From Felis catus (Eukaryota), in the NCBI RefSeq assembly GCF_018350175.1, contig NC_058368.1, forward strand, positions 92,692,001 through 92,756,000: a stretch of DNA of 64,000 nucleotides, in the 5' to 3' direction. The translations under genes and the position numbers were made by a program. The notes beneath the pieces are model-generated. The model saw only the letters and a list, made by a program, of their open reading frames with translations, made no database searches and had not been told where the DNA came from. This document shows positions 36,608-49,174 of the stretch, one piece after another. Each line of letters starts with the position of its first letter. The first letter of the stretch is position 1.

Positions 36608-36827
36608 TTTTTTAAGGTTTATTTATTTTTGAGAGACAGACAGAGACAGAGAGAACACAAGCAGGGGAGGGGGAGAGAGAGCAAGAGGGAGACACAGAAT
36701 CTGAAGCAGGCTCCAGGCTCCAAGCTGTCAGTGCATAGCCAGATGTGGGGCTCGAACCCACGAACCACAAGATCATGGCCTGAGCTGAAGTCGGATGCTT
36801 AACTGACTGAGTCACCCAGGTGCCCCT
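36608..36827 (-). mobile_element. Can-SINE
   Basis: TSD AC(A/G)TGCTATTTTAA. Confidence 0.94.
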
Positions 36828-37466
36828 ACACGTGCTATTTTAAAATCCTCTGTTAATGTGTCTTTAATTCAGAAGGAAAAGAAAAACCATAATATATTGG
36901 GGGGTAGTGGCTAGCAGAAACACCTCCATTCACGAGAACATGAATGTGTCCATTCAGGTTGAGCCTGTGTCCATACGGCGCGCATATTAATCCTTGAGGA
37001 TCAAGGAGAATGGATTTTGGAAGTACGGTTGCTAAAAGATTCTTCTGCAGAGTGAAGGAAAAGTGCTATGGATACTAGCAGTCCCCAGGAATCATTCCTT
37101 TCCCTCTGTTTATCTCTTAGAAATGTAGGAATGCATACTTGGGGACTGGTAATTTAGAACTCTGAAGGTCAAATACAGACTTTATTTTCAGAATGAGCAA
37201 AGCCATTTTTTTTCTTGAACACAATGAGGATCTCTCTTAGAACCAAAAATGCTGAAGTCTCGGGGAAGCAATTGCATTTACTTTACAATAAATTGTAAGC
37301 AGGTAATTAATGTCAAGGTATAGTTTGCCTGTCAATCCATATAGCGCTAGAGGCAAAATGCCCAGACATTTGGAAGCAGCACCGTAAAACTTTTGATCTT
37401 GAGCCTCATTTCTGGATTAGTTTGCTAGTTTATGCCTGGGCTCTTCCTTTTAAAAATTCAGTTATG

Positions 37467-37790
37467 CTTAACAGAAGACCATGGGGGGAGGGGCAGGGGC
37501 ATAAGAGACTCTTAAAAGCTGAGAGGGGTGGGTGGGTGATGGGTATGGAGGAGGGCACCTGTTGGGATGAGCACTGGGTGTTGTATGGAAACCAACTTGA
37601 CAATAAATTTCATAAAACAAAAACAAAAACGAAAACAAAAAAAACCCTGAGAATAAACTGAGGGTTGATGGGGGGTGGGAGGGAGGGGAGGGTGGGTGAT
37701 GGGCATTGAGGAGAGCACCTGTTGGGATGACCACTGGGTGTTGTATGGAAACCAATTTGACAATACATTTCATATGAAAAAAATAAAATA
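37467..37790 (+). mobile_element. Young felid L1 3' end containing a second nested L1 3' end
   Basis: Terminal GCACCTGTTGGGATGA..GTTGTATGGAAACCAA..TGACAATA occurs twice; outer 16-bp TSD TAAAAATTCAGTTATG at 37451 and 37789. Confidence 0.93.
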
Positions 37791-37911
37791 AAAATTCAGT
37801 TATGTTCTCTGGCCAGGGCAACATATGAATGTAGTAGTAATATAGCTCATTAGTAAATGGAGGGTAAAGAAGTTGTGGCTTTTTTTTTTTTTTTTTTTTT
37901 TTTTTTGGTGG

Positions 37912-38078
37912 GGAGTTTGCAAACCTTAGTATGTGTCAAAATAACCTAGAGGGCTCGTGAAAGTACAGCTTTCTGGGTCTCATTTCCAGAGTTTCTGATT
38001 CAGTAGCTCTGGACGGCCTTATGGGGACTTCAGCAATGCTAATGCAGGTGATCTGGAGACCACACTTAGAGAATTAGG
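37912..38078. mobile_element. MER5A-like DNA transposon relic
   Basis: CCAGAGTTTCTGATTCAGTAGCTCTGG..GGAGACCACACTTAGAGAA. Confidence 0.75.
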
Positions 38079-38303
38079 GTTTAGGGTCTTTGCGAAGCCA
38101 GCTTTGTGAAGTTCAGCAGGACCATGATTAATGGACTGTAGTTTGACCCTTCTTACCCTGGTGTGTAATTACAAACCTTTAATAAGATCTAAACCACTGA
38201 TTCTCAAACGTTAGTGACAGTAAGAGTAAGTATCACCGGAGGCATTGTTGAGCTTTGGGTTCCCAGGGTTTACCTCTGTGGGGAGGAGCCTTAGCCTTTG
38301 AAC

Positions 38304-38409
38304 TTTAATTTTTTAATTTTTTAATTTGATGTTAGTGAGAGCATGCAAGTGGGGGAGAGAGAGAGAGAGGGAGGGAGGGAGGGAGGGAGGGAGAGTGAAT
38401 CTGGTGCTC
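38304..38409 (-). mobile_element. 5'-truncated Can-SINE (3' part only) in a MER5-like relic
   Basis: Tail plus (GGGA)n only; TSD TAGCCTTTGAACTT. Confidence 0.8.
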
Positions 38410-38440
38410 TAGCCTTTGAACTTCTAATAAGCATCACATT

Positions 38441-38663
38441 AAAAAAATTTTTTTTAAATGTTTACTTATTTTTGAGAGACAGTGTGCGAGCGAGCACGAG
38501 TGGGGGAGGGCAGAGAGTGAGAGAGACACAGAATCCCAAGCAGAGGCTCCAGGCTCTGAGCTGTCAGCACAGAGTCTAATGCGGGGCTCCAACTCATGAG
38601 CCATGAGATCATGACCTGAGCCAAAGTTGGACGCTTAACCGACTGAGCCTCCCATGGTGCCCC
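38441..38663 (-). mobile_element. Can-SINE
   Basis: Core motifs. Confidence 0.93.
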
Positions 38664-38729
38664 GAGTGTCACATATTTTTGATGCAGTGGTATAAGAACC
38701 ATGGCTTGGTTAAAGATGATGTTGTTGTT

Positions 38730-38910
38730 GGGGTGTCTGGGACGCTCAGTCTATTAAGCTTTCTAGTCTTGGTTTGGCTCAGGTCATGATCTCACTGTTC
38801 GTGAGATGGAGCCCTGTGTCCGGCTCTGTGCTGATAGTGCAGAACCTGCCTGGGATTCTCTCTCTCTCCCTCTCTCTCTGCCACTCCCCCCGCCTCCACT
38901 TGCTCTCTCT

Positions 38911-38949
<39 letters not shown>
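38730..38949 (+). mobile_element. Can-SINE with (TA)n tail
   Basis: Core CAGGTCATGATCTC; about 18 TA units at 38913-38949. Confidence 0.92.
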
Positions 38950-38954
<5 letters not shown>

Positions 38955-39224
38955 TGTTGTCATTTTAGCTTGTGATTTCTTAATATTTTGCTCTAAACTT
39001 TATTATCCCCTAATGTCAAAACCACCTTGTCAAACCCTGATGTTTCTTTGTAAATCAAAGAATAACAGTTTCATTAAGGAAAAGCAGAGTCAGAATGACA
39101 CTGTCTACATCTTCACTTGGCAAAGCCTAGCTAATCATTCTCTGCATCTGGGTCCCAAAGCATCACTGAACAACCGGTAGCCTTGTCAGAGTTAAAACCA
39201 CAGTGTCTTAGAAGGCATCAGATT

Positions 39225-39461
39225 TGGGGCACTGGGGTGGCTCAGTCGGTTAAGCATCTGACTTCAGCTCAGGTCATGATCTTGCGGTCCGTGAGTTGGA
39301 GCCTGCATCAGGCTCTGTGCTGATGGCTCAGAGCCCGGAGCCTGCTTCAGATTCTGTGATCCCCTCTCTCTCTCTGCCCCTCCCCCACTCATGCTCTGTC
39401 TTTCTCTGTCTCTGTCTCTCTCTCTCTCTCAAAAATAAAAAAACATAAAAAAAATTTTTAA
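39225..39461 (+). mobile_element. Can-SINE
   Basis: TSD GAAG(G/C)CATCAGATT. Confidence 0.94.
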
Positions 39462-39894
39462 ATGAAGCCATCAGATTCATACAGCTAGCCTTGTAAAACC
39501 ACATTTGTATAGCAAAAATGCAACCTGGAAGAAGTGGGCAGGTAGCGGAAACCGAAGTAGAAGAAAAATAAATGACCACTTTATATACGTGTATAGACAC
39601 AGCTGTAGAGAATCCTTGTAAAAATCAGAAAGAGAATTTACTTCCTAGGCCATGTTGAGACACTGTTTTATCAAGTAAGTGTTTGGGAAGTTTGCACTGA
39701 CAATTAACTTTATTCCTTTCAATACAGTGAGTCTTCAAAACCATGGTATTTGAGGCCCTTTTAGAGAACATCAATGATCTGATGGTCAGGATTGAAAATT
39801 AGAAGCTGTTGCAAGTCTACACAAAATAACCAATAGTAGAAAACATAATACAATACATTAGTCATGTGTTTTTGTGTGAAAATTGAATTAATAA

Positions 39895-40105
39895 TTTTTT
39901 TTAAAGTTTATTTTGAGAGAGAGAGAGAGAGACAGTGAGCATGAGTGGGAGGGTCAGACAGAGAGATGGAGAGACAGAATCCCAAGCAGGCTCCACACGG
40001 TCAGTGCAGAGCCCGAGGCGGGGCTCAAACCCACGAACCATTAGATCATGACCTGAGCCCAAATCAGGAGGTGGACGCTTAACCGACCGAACCACCCAGG
40101 CGCCC
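39895..40105 (-). mobile_element. Can-SINE
   Basis: Core motifs, ends CCCAGGCGCCC. Confidence 0.94.
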
Positions 40106-41107
40106 TGAATTTGGTAATTTTCTCAGCTTACTAGCGCAAATGTCAAATATATCAGTAACCTGTTAAGACCATGTGATATAAGCGACTCCCCTCTGGAGTA
40201 ACTAGGCATAAACTCTCCAAACAAGGTGGTGTATCAGTCATCGTGCATCTGGGCTCTGGGATGATTTATAGTCTTTTCCGGTGTATGTTTTAATTGAAGT
40301 ATAATAAAGTAACGTACAAAAAATGGGTTTTTACATTTGTATACAGTCACCATTACTATCAAGAAAGGGAGTGTCACCAGCTCATCCAGAGGGCTCTTTC
40401 ATGTTCCCTGCATCAGTAACCCCCATAAAGGGACCCACCATTCTGCAGACTTCTATCAACATGGATTAATTTGTCTGGTTTTGAACCTTAGAGAAATGGA
40501 ATTAGAAGAAACGGACTCCATTTTACTTGGCCTCTTTAACCGTAGGTTACACCTGCGAGGCTTCTACGTGTTGTCTCATGTTACAGTACTTTGTTCTCTT
40601 TCATCGCCATGTGATATTCCATTGTTTGAGTGTTACCATTTACGTATTCTCCAGTTCACGATCATTTGGGTTGTTTTCCACTAGTTGCATATTAGGAAGA
40701 GTACTGTAGTAAACATTCTTGGACATGTCTTTGGTTGCACACATACATTCGTTTATCTAGGGTACGTATCGAGGAGTAGAGTTGCTGGTTCATGGGATTA
40801 ACATACAGCTTTCTGAGTTTTCCAAAGTGGTTATGTTAATTTCAAAGTGGTAGTGTTCATTTTAAATAATAACAGCAGTATATGATGAGAGTTGTCGATT
40901 CACTTCCTCACAGACCCTTGATGCTACTATGTTTGTTGTATTTTTAGCTTTTTTGACAGGTACATATCATGTTATTGCTGCTTTAACTTAAATTTCCCTG
41001 GTAAGTAATGCAATTAAGCATCTTTATGTATGTTTATTGGCTGTCTGAATATTCTTTTTTTGTGTGTAAAATTCCTGCTCTGTACTTTTACTCATTTAAA
41101 AAATATA

Positions 41108-41338
41108 TTTTCTTTTTTTAAAAAATTTTTTCATGTTTGTTTATTTTTGAGAGAGAGCGAGTGAGAGAGGGCATGAGAGGGGGAGGGGCAGAAAGAGAGG
41201 GAGACACAGAATCTGAAGCAGGCTCCAGGCTCTGAGCCGTCAGCACAGAGCCTGACACGGGGCTCGAGCTCATGAGCTGTGAGATCATGGCATGAGCCAA
41301 AGTCAGATGCTTAACCGACTGAGCCACCCTGGCCCCCC
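41108..41338 (-). mobile_element. Can-SINE
   Basis: Core motifs. Confidence 0.94.
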
Positions 41339-42265
41339 TATATCTTGTTTTCTTTTATTGATTTACACAGTATCTTTATATATTGAGTCTTCTATCAGAT
41401 GCATATATTGAGAACATCTTCCACTTGCTGGTTTAGCTTCTGACTCTTTTTATTCTTCTTGCCCTCAGTTGTAACTTTGGATGAACATAAGTTTCACATT
41501 TTCAAGAGGTCCAATTTAGTAACTTTTTTTGTTTATGCTTGAGGCTCTTTCTTGTTTAAGAAGTCTTTGGCAATTGTAAGGTCATGAAGGTCATGTAATC
41601 TTATACAGGCTTTCTAGCTTTACCTTTCAGACCGAAGTCTCCAGTCTATCTGGAATTGGTTTTTATGTATCAAGTGTAAGGGCCAAGTTTTTTCCCTCTT
41701 ATATGACTATCCAATTTATCCAGCCTCATTTGTTGAGAAAACCATTATTTCCTCGTACATTTACTCAATTATTGGATTCCAGGATGCATGAATAGTAGTT
41801 TCAGAATTGTTTCTCTCTACCCCTAGACTAGAGGACAGTGCTTATGTACAATGCCTTTTGCCTTTAGTGTCACTCCCTCCACTCATTTCCAAAGATACTT
41901 AGATCTTTGCCTGCTTCCTTAATGTCTCCTCAGTTTTATACATTTGTAAAACAGATTCTTTTGTCAAAATCTGCATTCTATTCTGGAATTCCCTGAGTAC
42001 CTAAGTGATTTTTTAAAGTTTGCACACATTAAAATTCACTTTCTCCTCGAAAAGTTTTATGGATTTTGACAAACGCATAAGAATATGTACATACCATTAT
42101 GGTGTGATACAGGATAGTTATACCACACTAAAAATGCCTTAGGTTTCATTTATACCCTCCCTCAGATCTCCAGCAATCATTGATGTTTTTCCTGACTCCT
42201 ACTTCTGTGTTTGTGATAATACCATACAAATGAAACTTTATGGCATGTAGCCTGTAAAAAAACAA

Positions 42266-42470
42266 TTTATTTTATTTTATTTTAGAGAGCAAGAGCATGT
42301 GCCAATTCGAGAGAAGGGCATAAAGGGAGAGAGAAAGAGAGAGAGAATCCCAGGCAGGCTCCATGCTCCACGCAGAGCCAGATGCAGGGCTCAATCCCAT
42401 GACTTTGGGATCATGACCTGAGTCAAAATCAAGAGTCCGACACCCAACAGACTGAGCCACCCAGGCACCC
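42266..42470 (-). mobile_element. Can-SINE
   Basis: Core motifs. Confidence 0.92.
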
Positions 42471-44084
42471 TTTTTTAAAATGCGTATTTATCTTCTGTAT
42501 ATATTCTTTATTGAGCTATCAGTTTCAGTCATTTTCTAATGTTTTAATTGGCATGTTAGCTTTCTCACTGTTGAGTTTGAAAAATCTTTGTATATTTTGG
42601 ATACAGGTCCTTTATCACATATGTGATTTGCAAATATTTGGTCTCAGCCCATGGGTTATCTTTCGTTCTTTTCACACTGCCTTTTGCAGAGCAGAGGCTT
42701 TTAATGTTAATTAAAAACTAACATCAGCTTTTTTTTTGGATTAAGTGTTTGGTGTTGTATCTGATCGCCAAATCCTTCATCATACAAATTTTCTTCTACA
42801 TTTATTCTATACGTTTGACACTTTTGCTTTTTATATTTTGGTCTGTGGTTCATTTGGAGTTAATTTTTATGTCATGTGGAAAATGCTTAAGTTCAGTCTT
42901 TTGTGTATGGGAATCCAATTATTTTAGCATCATCTGCTGGAAACGCTGTCCTTTCTCCCCTGGATTGCCTTTATCAAAAAGTGAGTTGATTGTATTTGTC
43001 TGTGTCTATTTCTAGGCTTTTCATTCTGTCCATTGGATTATATTCCATTTGTCAATACCATGCTGTCTTGACTACCGTAGCTTTACGGTAGAACTTGAAA
43101 TAGGATAGTACTATTCATGCAACTTTGTTCCTCAGTATTATGCTGGATATTCTAGGTCTTTGCCTTTCCACCTAGATTCTAGAATCGATTTTTCAACAGC
43201 TACAAAATAGGTTGCAGTGGTTTTGACTGGTATTCTCTTAAATCTATTAATCAATGGTGGGGGGGGGATTAATATTTTAATGATACTGGGTCTTTCAGAG
43301 TGAACATGGAATCATTTTCCATTTATTTACTTCTTCTTTGTTTTCTCTCATCAGCGTTTTGCATTTTCTGCATATAGGTCCTATACCTACTTGGTTAAAC
43401 CAAGAATTACAGCTCAAATGTCTCCAGAAGTCATACAGAAATGGATTAGGGATCAGCCTGCTTTCTTTTGTTTCTAGTTTTTCTTTTCCCACATATTTGC
43501 ATTTGAAATATTTCATGTTTTAATACTATTTTAAAAATGCTATGCATATGTAATAATCAGAAGCAACACTTAGTCTCAGGGATTCAAGACTGGTGGAAAC
43601 CATGCTGAGCTTGGAGAGCAAGTGTCCCCCAGATATAGGCTGCAGCCATCCACCTGCAGATAAGGGATGTCTAACAAGGCAGGATTGTGTAGTTTTTTTT
43701 CAAGAAGAACTAAAAATTGTTATTTTTTAAAAGTGAGATAACCTTAATTTTAAATTTTGGTAATTAGTTAAAACCAACAAGCACTGTGAGTCTAACACGG
43801 GGGGACAAACAATAAATTTGGTGACTATGAATTCCATAGGCCACCGGTTTGTATCTCTTAATCCTTATTAAATAGGGAAACAGGCCCAGAAAGAGTGGGC
43901 TAATCAGTTTGCTCAGGGTTTCAGAGGTAAATAAAAATCACACATATTTCTGATTTCCAGATCACAAGTTTTTTTTCCCCATTATCCTAGGCTTTTACCC
44001 AGTTAAGTGTGCTGATCATCTTCTGTGTGGTGGGAAAGAGTTTGAGTTTTAAAATTACCAAGAAAATTATAATTTTAATAACTA

Positions 44085-44640
44085 GTATATTAGCCATTTA
44101 TTGCTTTATAATGTATTACCACAAATTAACACCTTCAGACAATCTACATTATCTCACTTTTCGTGGGTCAGGGATCTGGGGACAGATGAGCTGCGAGGGT
44201 CTCCTACTGGGCTCAGTCAAAGGGTCAGTCAGGTCTGGGGTCTCATCTGATCCCTGACTGGGGAGGGCTCTGTTTCATAGGTCGTGTAGCAGTTGGCAGG
44301 ATTCAGTTCCTTGTGAGCTCTTGGATTGAGGGCCTTACTCCTTGGCTGAAGGCTGCCATTAGTTCTTTGCCATGTAGACCATTCCCTAGGGCAGCTAAAT
44401 CAATCAAAGCCAGGAATGGAGAAAATCAATGGAGAAACTCTTCTAGCAAGAAGGAAATTACAATCTTAGGTAACATAATCAAGGAAGTGACTTTTTATCA
44501 ACTTGGTCTTATCCTTTTGCTTAGTTAACAAATCATGGGCCCTGCCAATGTTGGGGGAAACAGAGGTGAGCATTACACAAGGATATGAATATTGGGACCT
44601 GGGGAATGATTGGGGTCATTTTAGAGTCTCTCCACTACAA
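44085..44640. mobile_element. MaLR solo LTR (MLT1E/F-like)
   Basis: TATTAG..TTACCACAAATT..TGTAGCAGTTGGCAGGATTCAGTTCCTTGTG..GGGGTCATTTTAGAGTCTCTCCACTACA. Confidence 0.8.
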
Positions 44641-45754
44641 CTAGTTTCGGAAGTGATTATATCACTTCTCTAGACATGCACAGCTTTCCTGTCTTACCCA
44701 TAACCCCTAGAGAGTAATGACCCAAGTGTATATGATCAAAGAAATGCAAGATGGGACAAAGAGGGAGGAACCACGGTCTGTAATTAGACTTGCACATTCA
44801 TGTAGAGCAGAGACTCTTAGGAAGAAGGGTTTGAATAAAAGAGAATCAATTAATAACAGTCCAGGGTATCCAAAAATGTGCCTCCTTAATGCCCCCATAG
44901 GAACAGAGGACAGGAATAGAGAATCAATGCACATGAAGCAGATGTTCACCATCTGGGGTTTTCTCATCAGGTGGCCTGTCCCTGTCAAGGCATGGGACAT
45001 TTCTGGCGACCCTTCAGTTTCTGGGAGGGACCAGAACACAAGTAAGGAGCCAATACTGGGTAGGATAACACCATAAAAACATGGATCTAAGAAATAACAA
45101 CTGTGTACAAACTATTAGAACTGAGGCAAGAATTTTCGGAGGGTTCTTGGAAAAGGAAACTGATCTTGGGCCTAAAGTTCAAGGTCAAGTTTATGACCAG
45201 GTTCCGATGAATTCCAGAGCAATTAAGGATTTGTTTGTTTTTTTGTTTTTTGTACTATAGTTAATCTTAAGCAGTCATGATTTGATTCTTCATCTTTACA
45301 TTTGTGTACATTTAAAAAATTTTTAAGTTCTTAACGCCTCAAATTTCTCTTGCTCTTAGATACGAAGGAATCTAGGGACTGGGATGGAATGAAGCCTTCA
45401 GCTTTGCAGAGAGGGGGCACTAACAACAGAAGACATTGCGGGATCTGTTGTCAGGTGACTCCTCCAAGGCCGTAGGGAGCCTGACAACAAAAGCAGCCTT
45501 CCTTCTGGCTTGCTTTTTTCTCTCTTTGACACATCATCTCCAGGGCCCCACTAAATACATTTCTCTCCAGCTCCCAATGGCATTTCTATTTTAAGCCTCC
45601 TTTCAAATAGTGGAATAAAAGGGCCCCTGTGTTAGTATTGGAATTTCAAATATCCTGGGAGAGGTAGAAGAGTTACATAGGAAAGTGATATTTGGTATCT
45701 ATTTCTTTCTGAAATCATACCAAAAGATAGCTACTTACCCTTCGATGAAAAGTC

Positions 45755-46271
45755 ATCTGTCCATTCACTCAATGCACCATTGATTGTTGAGTACCTATTG
45801 GTGCTGCGAACTGTATTCATGCTGCAATAAAATTGTGAGAGGAAAAAAAAAAAAGGCAGATTCTGCCTTTGAGATTGTTTGGTCTAGTGAAGGGTCAGAC
45901 CTATCAATTATTCACCCACACAGAGTAAATGTTGGGCTCCAGTGAAGACACAGAAAAGGGGACACATGATTTCCTACTCATGAGTCCTTACAGAGGAATG
46001 GATGTGGTCAGGAGCACCATTTTATGCCAGGTTAAGGAGTTTATTGTTTTTCCTAAAACATTATTGGGATGGAAGGGACATGCTTTGGTTTTAAAAGACC
46101 ACTTTGCCTGGGTGCCTGGGTGACTCAGTTGGTTGAGTGTCCAATTTGCAGCTTCAGCTCAGGTTGTGATCTTGTGTTTCTTGAGATCAAGCCCCATGTT
46201 GAGCTCTGCACTGAGCATGGAGCCTGCTTGAGATTCTCCCTCTCCTTCTCTCTCTGCCCCTCCCCTGCCAT

Positions 46272-46306
<35 letters not shown>

Positions 46307-46810
46307 ATTAATAAACGTTAAAAAAAAATATGTAAGAGACCACTTTGCCTACATAGTCAAGTATGCATCGAAGAGGAAGCAAGAGTAGGTTTAAGAGGAT
46401 CAGTAGGATGGGGATTGCCATAAAAGGAATGTAGTGTGGGCTACAGTGGTGCTACTGGAAATCTAGAAAATAAGTTTTACTGATACTTTGGGAGGTATAA
46501 ATCAGCAGGCCTCACACAAGCAGTGCTTTCTGGCTTGGACAACTGGATGGATGGTAGCTCCAGTCCCTGAAACACACAACGCTAGAAGAGGCCCATGTTT
46601 TCGGGGAGGAGAATCTAGGAGCAGATCATGAGTTAAAATTTAGATTTGTGCATTTCAAGAGGTATTGGAAATATCCAAGGAGAATGTCAGGTGGGCAGTT
46701 GCTAGGTAGTTCTAGAACTCAGGGTAAAGGTATGAACTATTAGTAATTCTGATTGTACTTGGATAATACCACCCAGAGAAGGGCATAGAATGAGAAGTCA
46801 AGGGAAGTTA
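45755..46810 (-). mobile_element. L2 relic with nested SINE
   Basis: CATTCACTCAATGCACCATTGATTGTTGAGTACCTAT; TCTGGCTTGGACAACTGGATGGATGGTAG; GTCAGGTGGGCAGTTG. Confidence 0.75.
46110..46328 (+). mobile_element. Can-SINE
   Basis: TSD AGACCACTTTGCCT. Confidence 0.94.
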
Positions 46811-47892
46811 CAAAGTGAAATAAATGGAACAGAGTCCATTTAAAAAGTCTTCTGGGTCGTAAGGGCTTTGGCAAAAACACAATTGATCTCATTTGATTTT
46901 TTTTTTTTTTTTTTGCCGTTTTTTTTGTGGTGACTTAGAGCCTTATCTCTGGGGATAATCCAGGAAGTATATAATCTGAATAAAGTAATCTCAAAGGACT
47001 GTTTATGTAAAGAGCATTTTTCATTTTACAAAGCTAATTAACAGGTATAAATTTAAAGAAGCTTGTGGGTGGAGAAACAGGAAATGTCTATTTTGTGTTT
47101 TATTTTTCAGATCGAATTAAAATAATTTCTGTAAAGGTGAATAACCCAGTTCTGCCCATGGGAGTGAGGTCATATTACTTCACAATGCATATGTCTGTAC
47201 GTGGCAAGGCCGTTTCTCTCCGATTTCTCAGTTCAAAGAAATTAATTTCCCCTATTGGATAAGTTTTTATACCTGGAAACTTGAAAGGCAGAGATGAATC
47301 AGGTAGCCAAAGTCTCAACTGTTGTAATGTTTTGACTTCAAATTCAGACAGCAATGTACTTACTAAGGATGGAGAAGGAATCAGGATTCAGAGAGCAGAC
47401 AGGAACCGTATAAACCCATGGAAGACAGCTCTCCTTGGGGCATAGGTTTTAATTTTATTATTTTTAATTTTTTATTGAAGTGTAGTTGACATACAATGTT
47501 AACATCAACTTCAGGTGTACAACATAGTTATTCAACAAGTATGTATGTTATGCTGTGCCCAGTAATCGTTGACTATATTCTCTGTGCTGTACCTTTGATC
47601 CCGTGACTTACTCATTTCATAACTGGAAGCCTTTATCTCTCCCTTTTCACATGTTTTGTCCATCCCTACAATCCTCCCCTTGGTAACCACCACCAGTTTG
47701 TTCTCTGTATTTATGGGTCTGTTTCTACTTTGTTTGCTTGTTTTGTTTTTTAGATTTCACATGCAAGTGAAATCATACGGTATTTGTCTTTCTCTGTCTG
47801 ATTTATTTCACTTAGCATAATACTTTCTAGGTCCATCCATGGTGTGACACATGGCAAGATCTCATTCTTTTTTATGGCTGAGTAATATTCCA

Positions 47893-48069
47893 TTATATAT
47901 ATATGTGTATGTATATATATACACATATATATACATATATATACACATATATATACATATATACACATATATATACACACATATATACATATATATACAC
48001 ATATATACACATATATATACACATATATACACACATATGTATACACATACATATACATATACATATTAC

Positions 48070-48102
<33 letters not shown>
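47893..48102. repeat. (TATACACATA)-type compound microsatellite
   Basis: About 210 bp of TA/CA units. Confidence 0.96.
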
Positions 48103-48104
<2 letters not shown>

Positions 48105-48170
48105 ACATATTTGTATCTTCTTTATCCATTCATCTATTGATGGACACTTGAGCTGCTTCCATATCTTTAT

Positions 48171-48403
48171 TCTTTTTTTCTTAAATATTTTTAATGTTTA
48201 TTTATGTTTGAGACAGAGAGAGACAGAGCATGAATGGGGTGGGGGGGTGGTCAGAGAGAGAGAGGGAGACACAGACTCTGAAGCAGGCTCCAGGCTCCGA
48301 GCTGTTAGCACAGAGCCCGATGTGGGGCTCAGACTCACACACTGTGAGATTATGACCTGAGCTGAAGTTGGTTGTTCAACCGACTGAGCCACCCAGGCGC
48401 CCC
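48171..48403 (-). mobile_element. Can-SINE
   Basis: TSD TGCTTCCATATCTTTATTCTT. Confidence 0.95.
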
Positions 48404-49174
48404 ATGCTTCCATATCTTTATTCTTGTAAATAATGCTGTAATAAACATCAGATGTAGATATCTTTTTGAACTAATGTTGTTTTCTTTGGGTAAATAGTAG
48501 TGGAATTATTGGATTGTATGATATTCCTGTTTTTAATTTTTTGAGGAACCTCTTGAAGAATTTTTTAAAACTTGAAAAAAGTTTTGCTTTCTCTCCTTTA
48601 AAGATCTCTTAATAGGACTATTTTATTACCCTATTTGGGAGATTTTCAAAATCTAATCAGTCTGAGGTTCTTGATGTCCAGTCCAGTTCTTTCTGGCTAC
48701 GCACTGAGACCATTCTTATTCAGAATGACCGGCAGCTTCCTAGAATCGTTCATAAAATAATTATTCATGTAAGTGTATATTAATGAAGTCAGACCTTAAC
48801 CTCATCATCCACGTTAAAATCATCAATTAAAGGAGCAGTGTAAAATTACACACTTAATGTGGGGAAGAAAACAATAAAAGTGGACAACCAATTAGTGACA
48901 ATCACAGCCAACCAAAAAGTCCCTTTTACAAAGTTTTAACAAATGTTTTTATTCTTCTGGTTTCTCTGTTAGCTATTTATATTAGAAATAGGTGTGCAGG
49001 AGGATGGGTCTATATGTGAAAAGTTAAATCAATGCAGACTCTTTTTTTGTTGTCCTGGACTGTATTGGTGGGATTCATTTCCTTACTTAACAAATGCTTA
49101 TCCTGTCCCTCGTCTGTGCCAGGCACTATTAAAAGTTCTAAGGATATAGTTGAGAATATAAAATGAACAACTGA

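Larger units (their letters stand above)
40285..43375 (-). mobile_element. Ancient L1M relics (probably two elements, junction near 41760)
   Basis: TTTTAATTGAAGTATAA 3' end; antisense ORF2 motifs such as CAATACCATGCTGTCTTGACTACCGTAGCTTTA and TGAACATGGAAT..CCATTTATTTA. Confidence 0.8.
47447..48552 (-). mobile_element. Carnivore L1 3' fragment with microsatellite and SINE
   Basis: ORF 47750..48106(-) ends [43 protein letters not shown]. Confidence 0.93.

Noticed and set aside
44717..45076. 119-aa ATG ORF with antisense 110-aa ORF
   Set aside because: No recognisable homology; length within chance expectation.
47101..47262. Strong-looking acceptor TTTATTTTTCAG with nearby AAG/GTGAAT donor
   Set aside because: Would give a 26-nt frame-shifting exon or an unrecognisable peptide; no support without transcript data.
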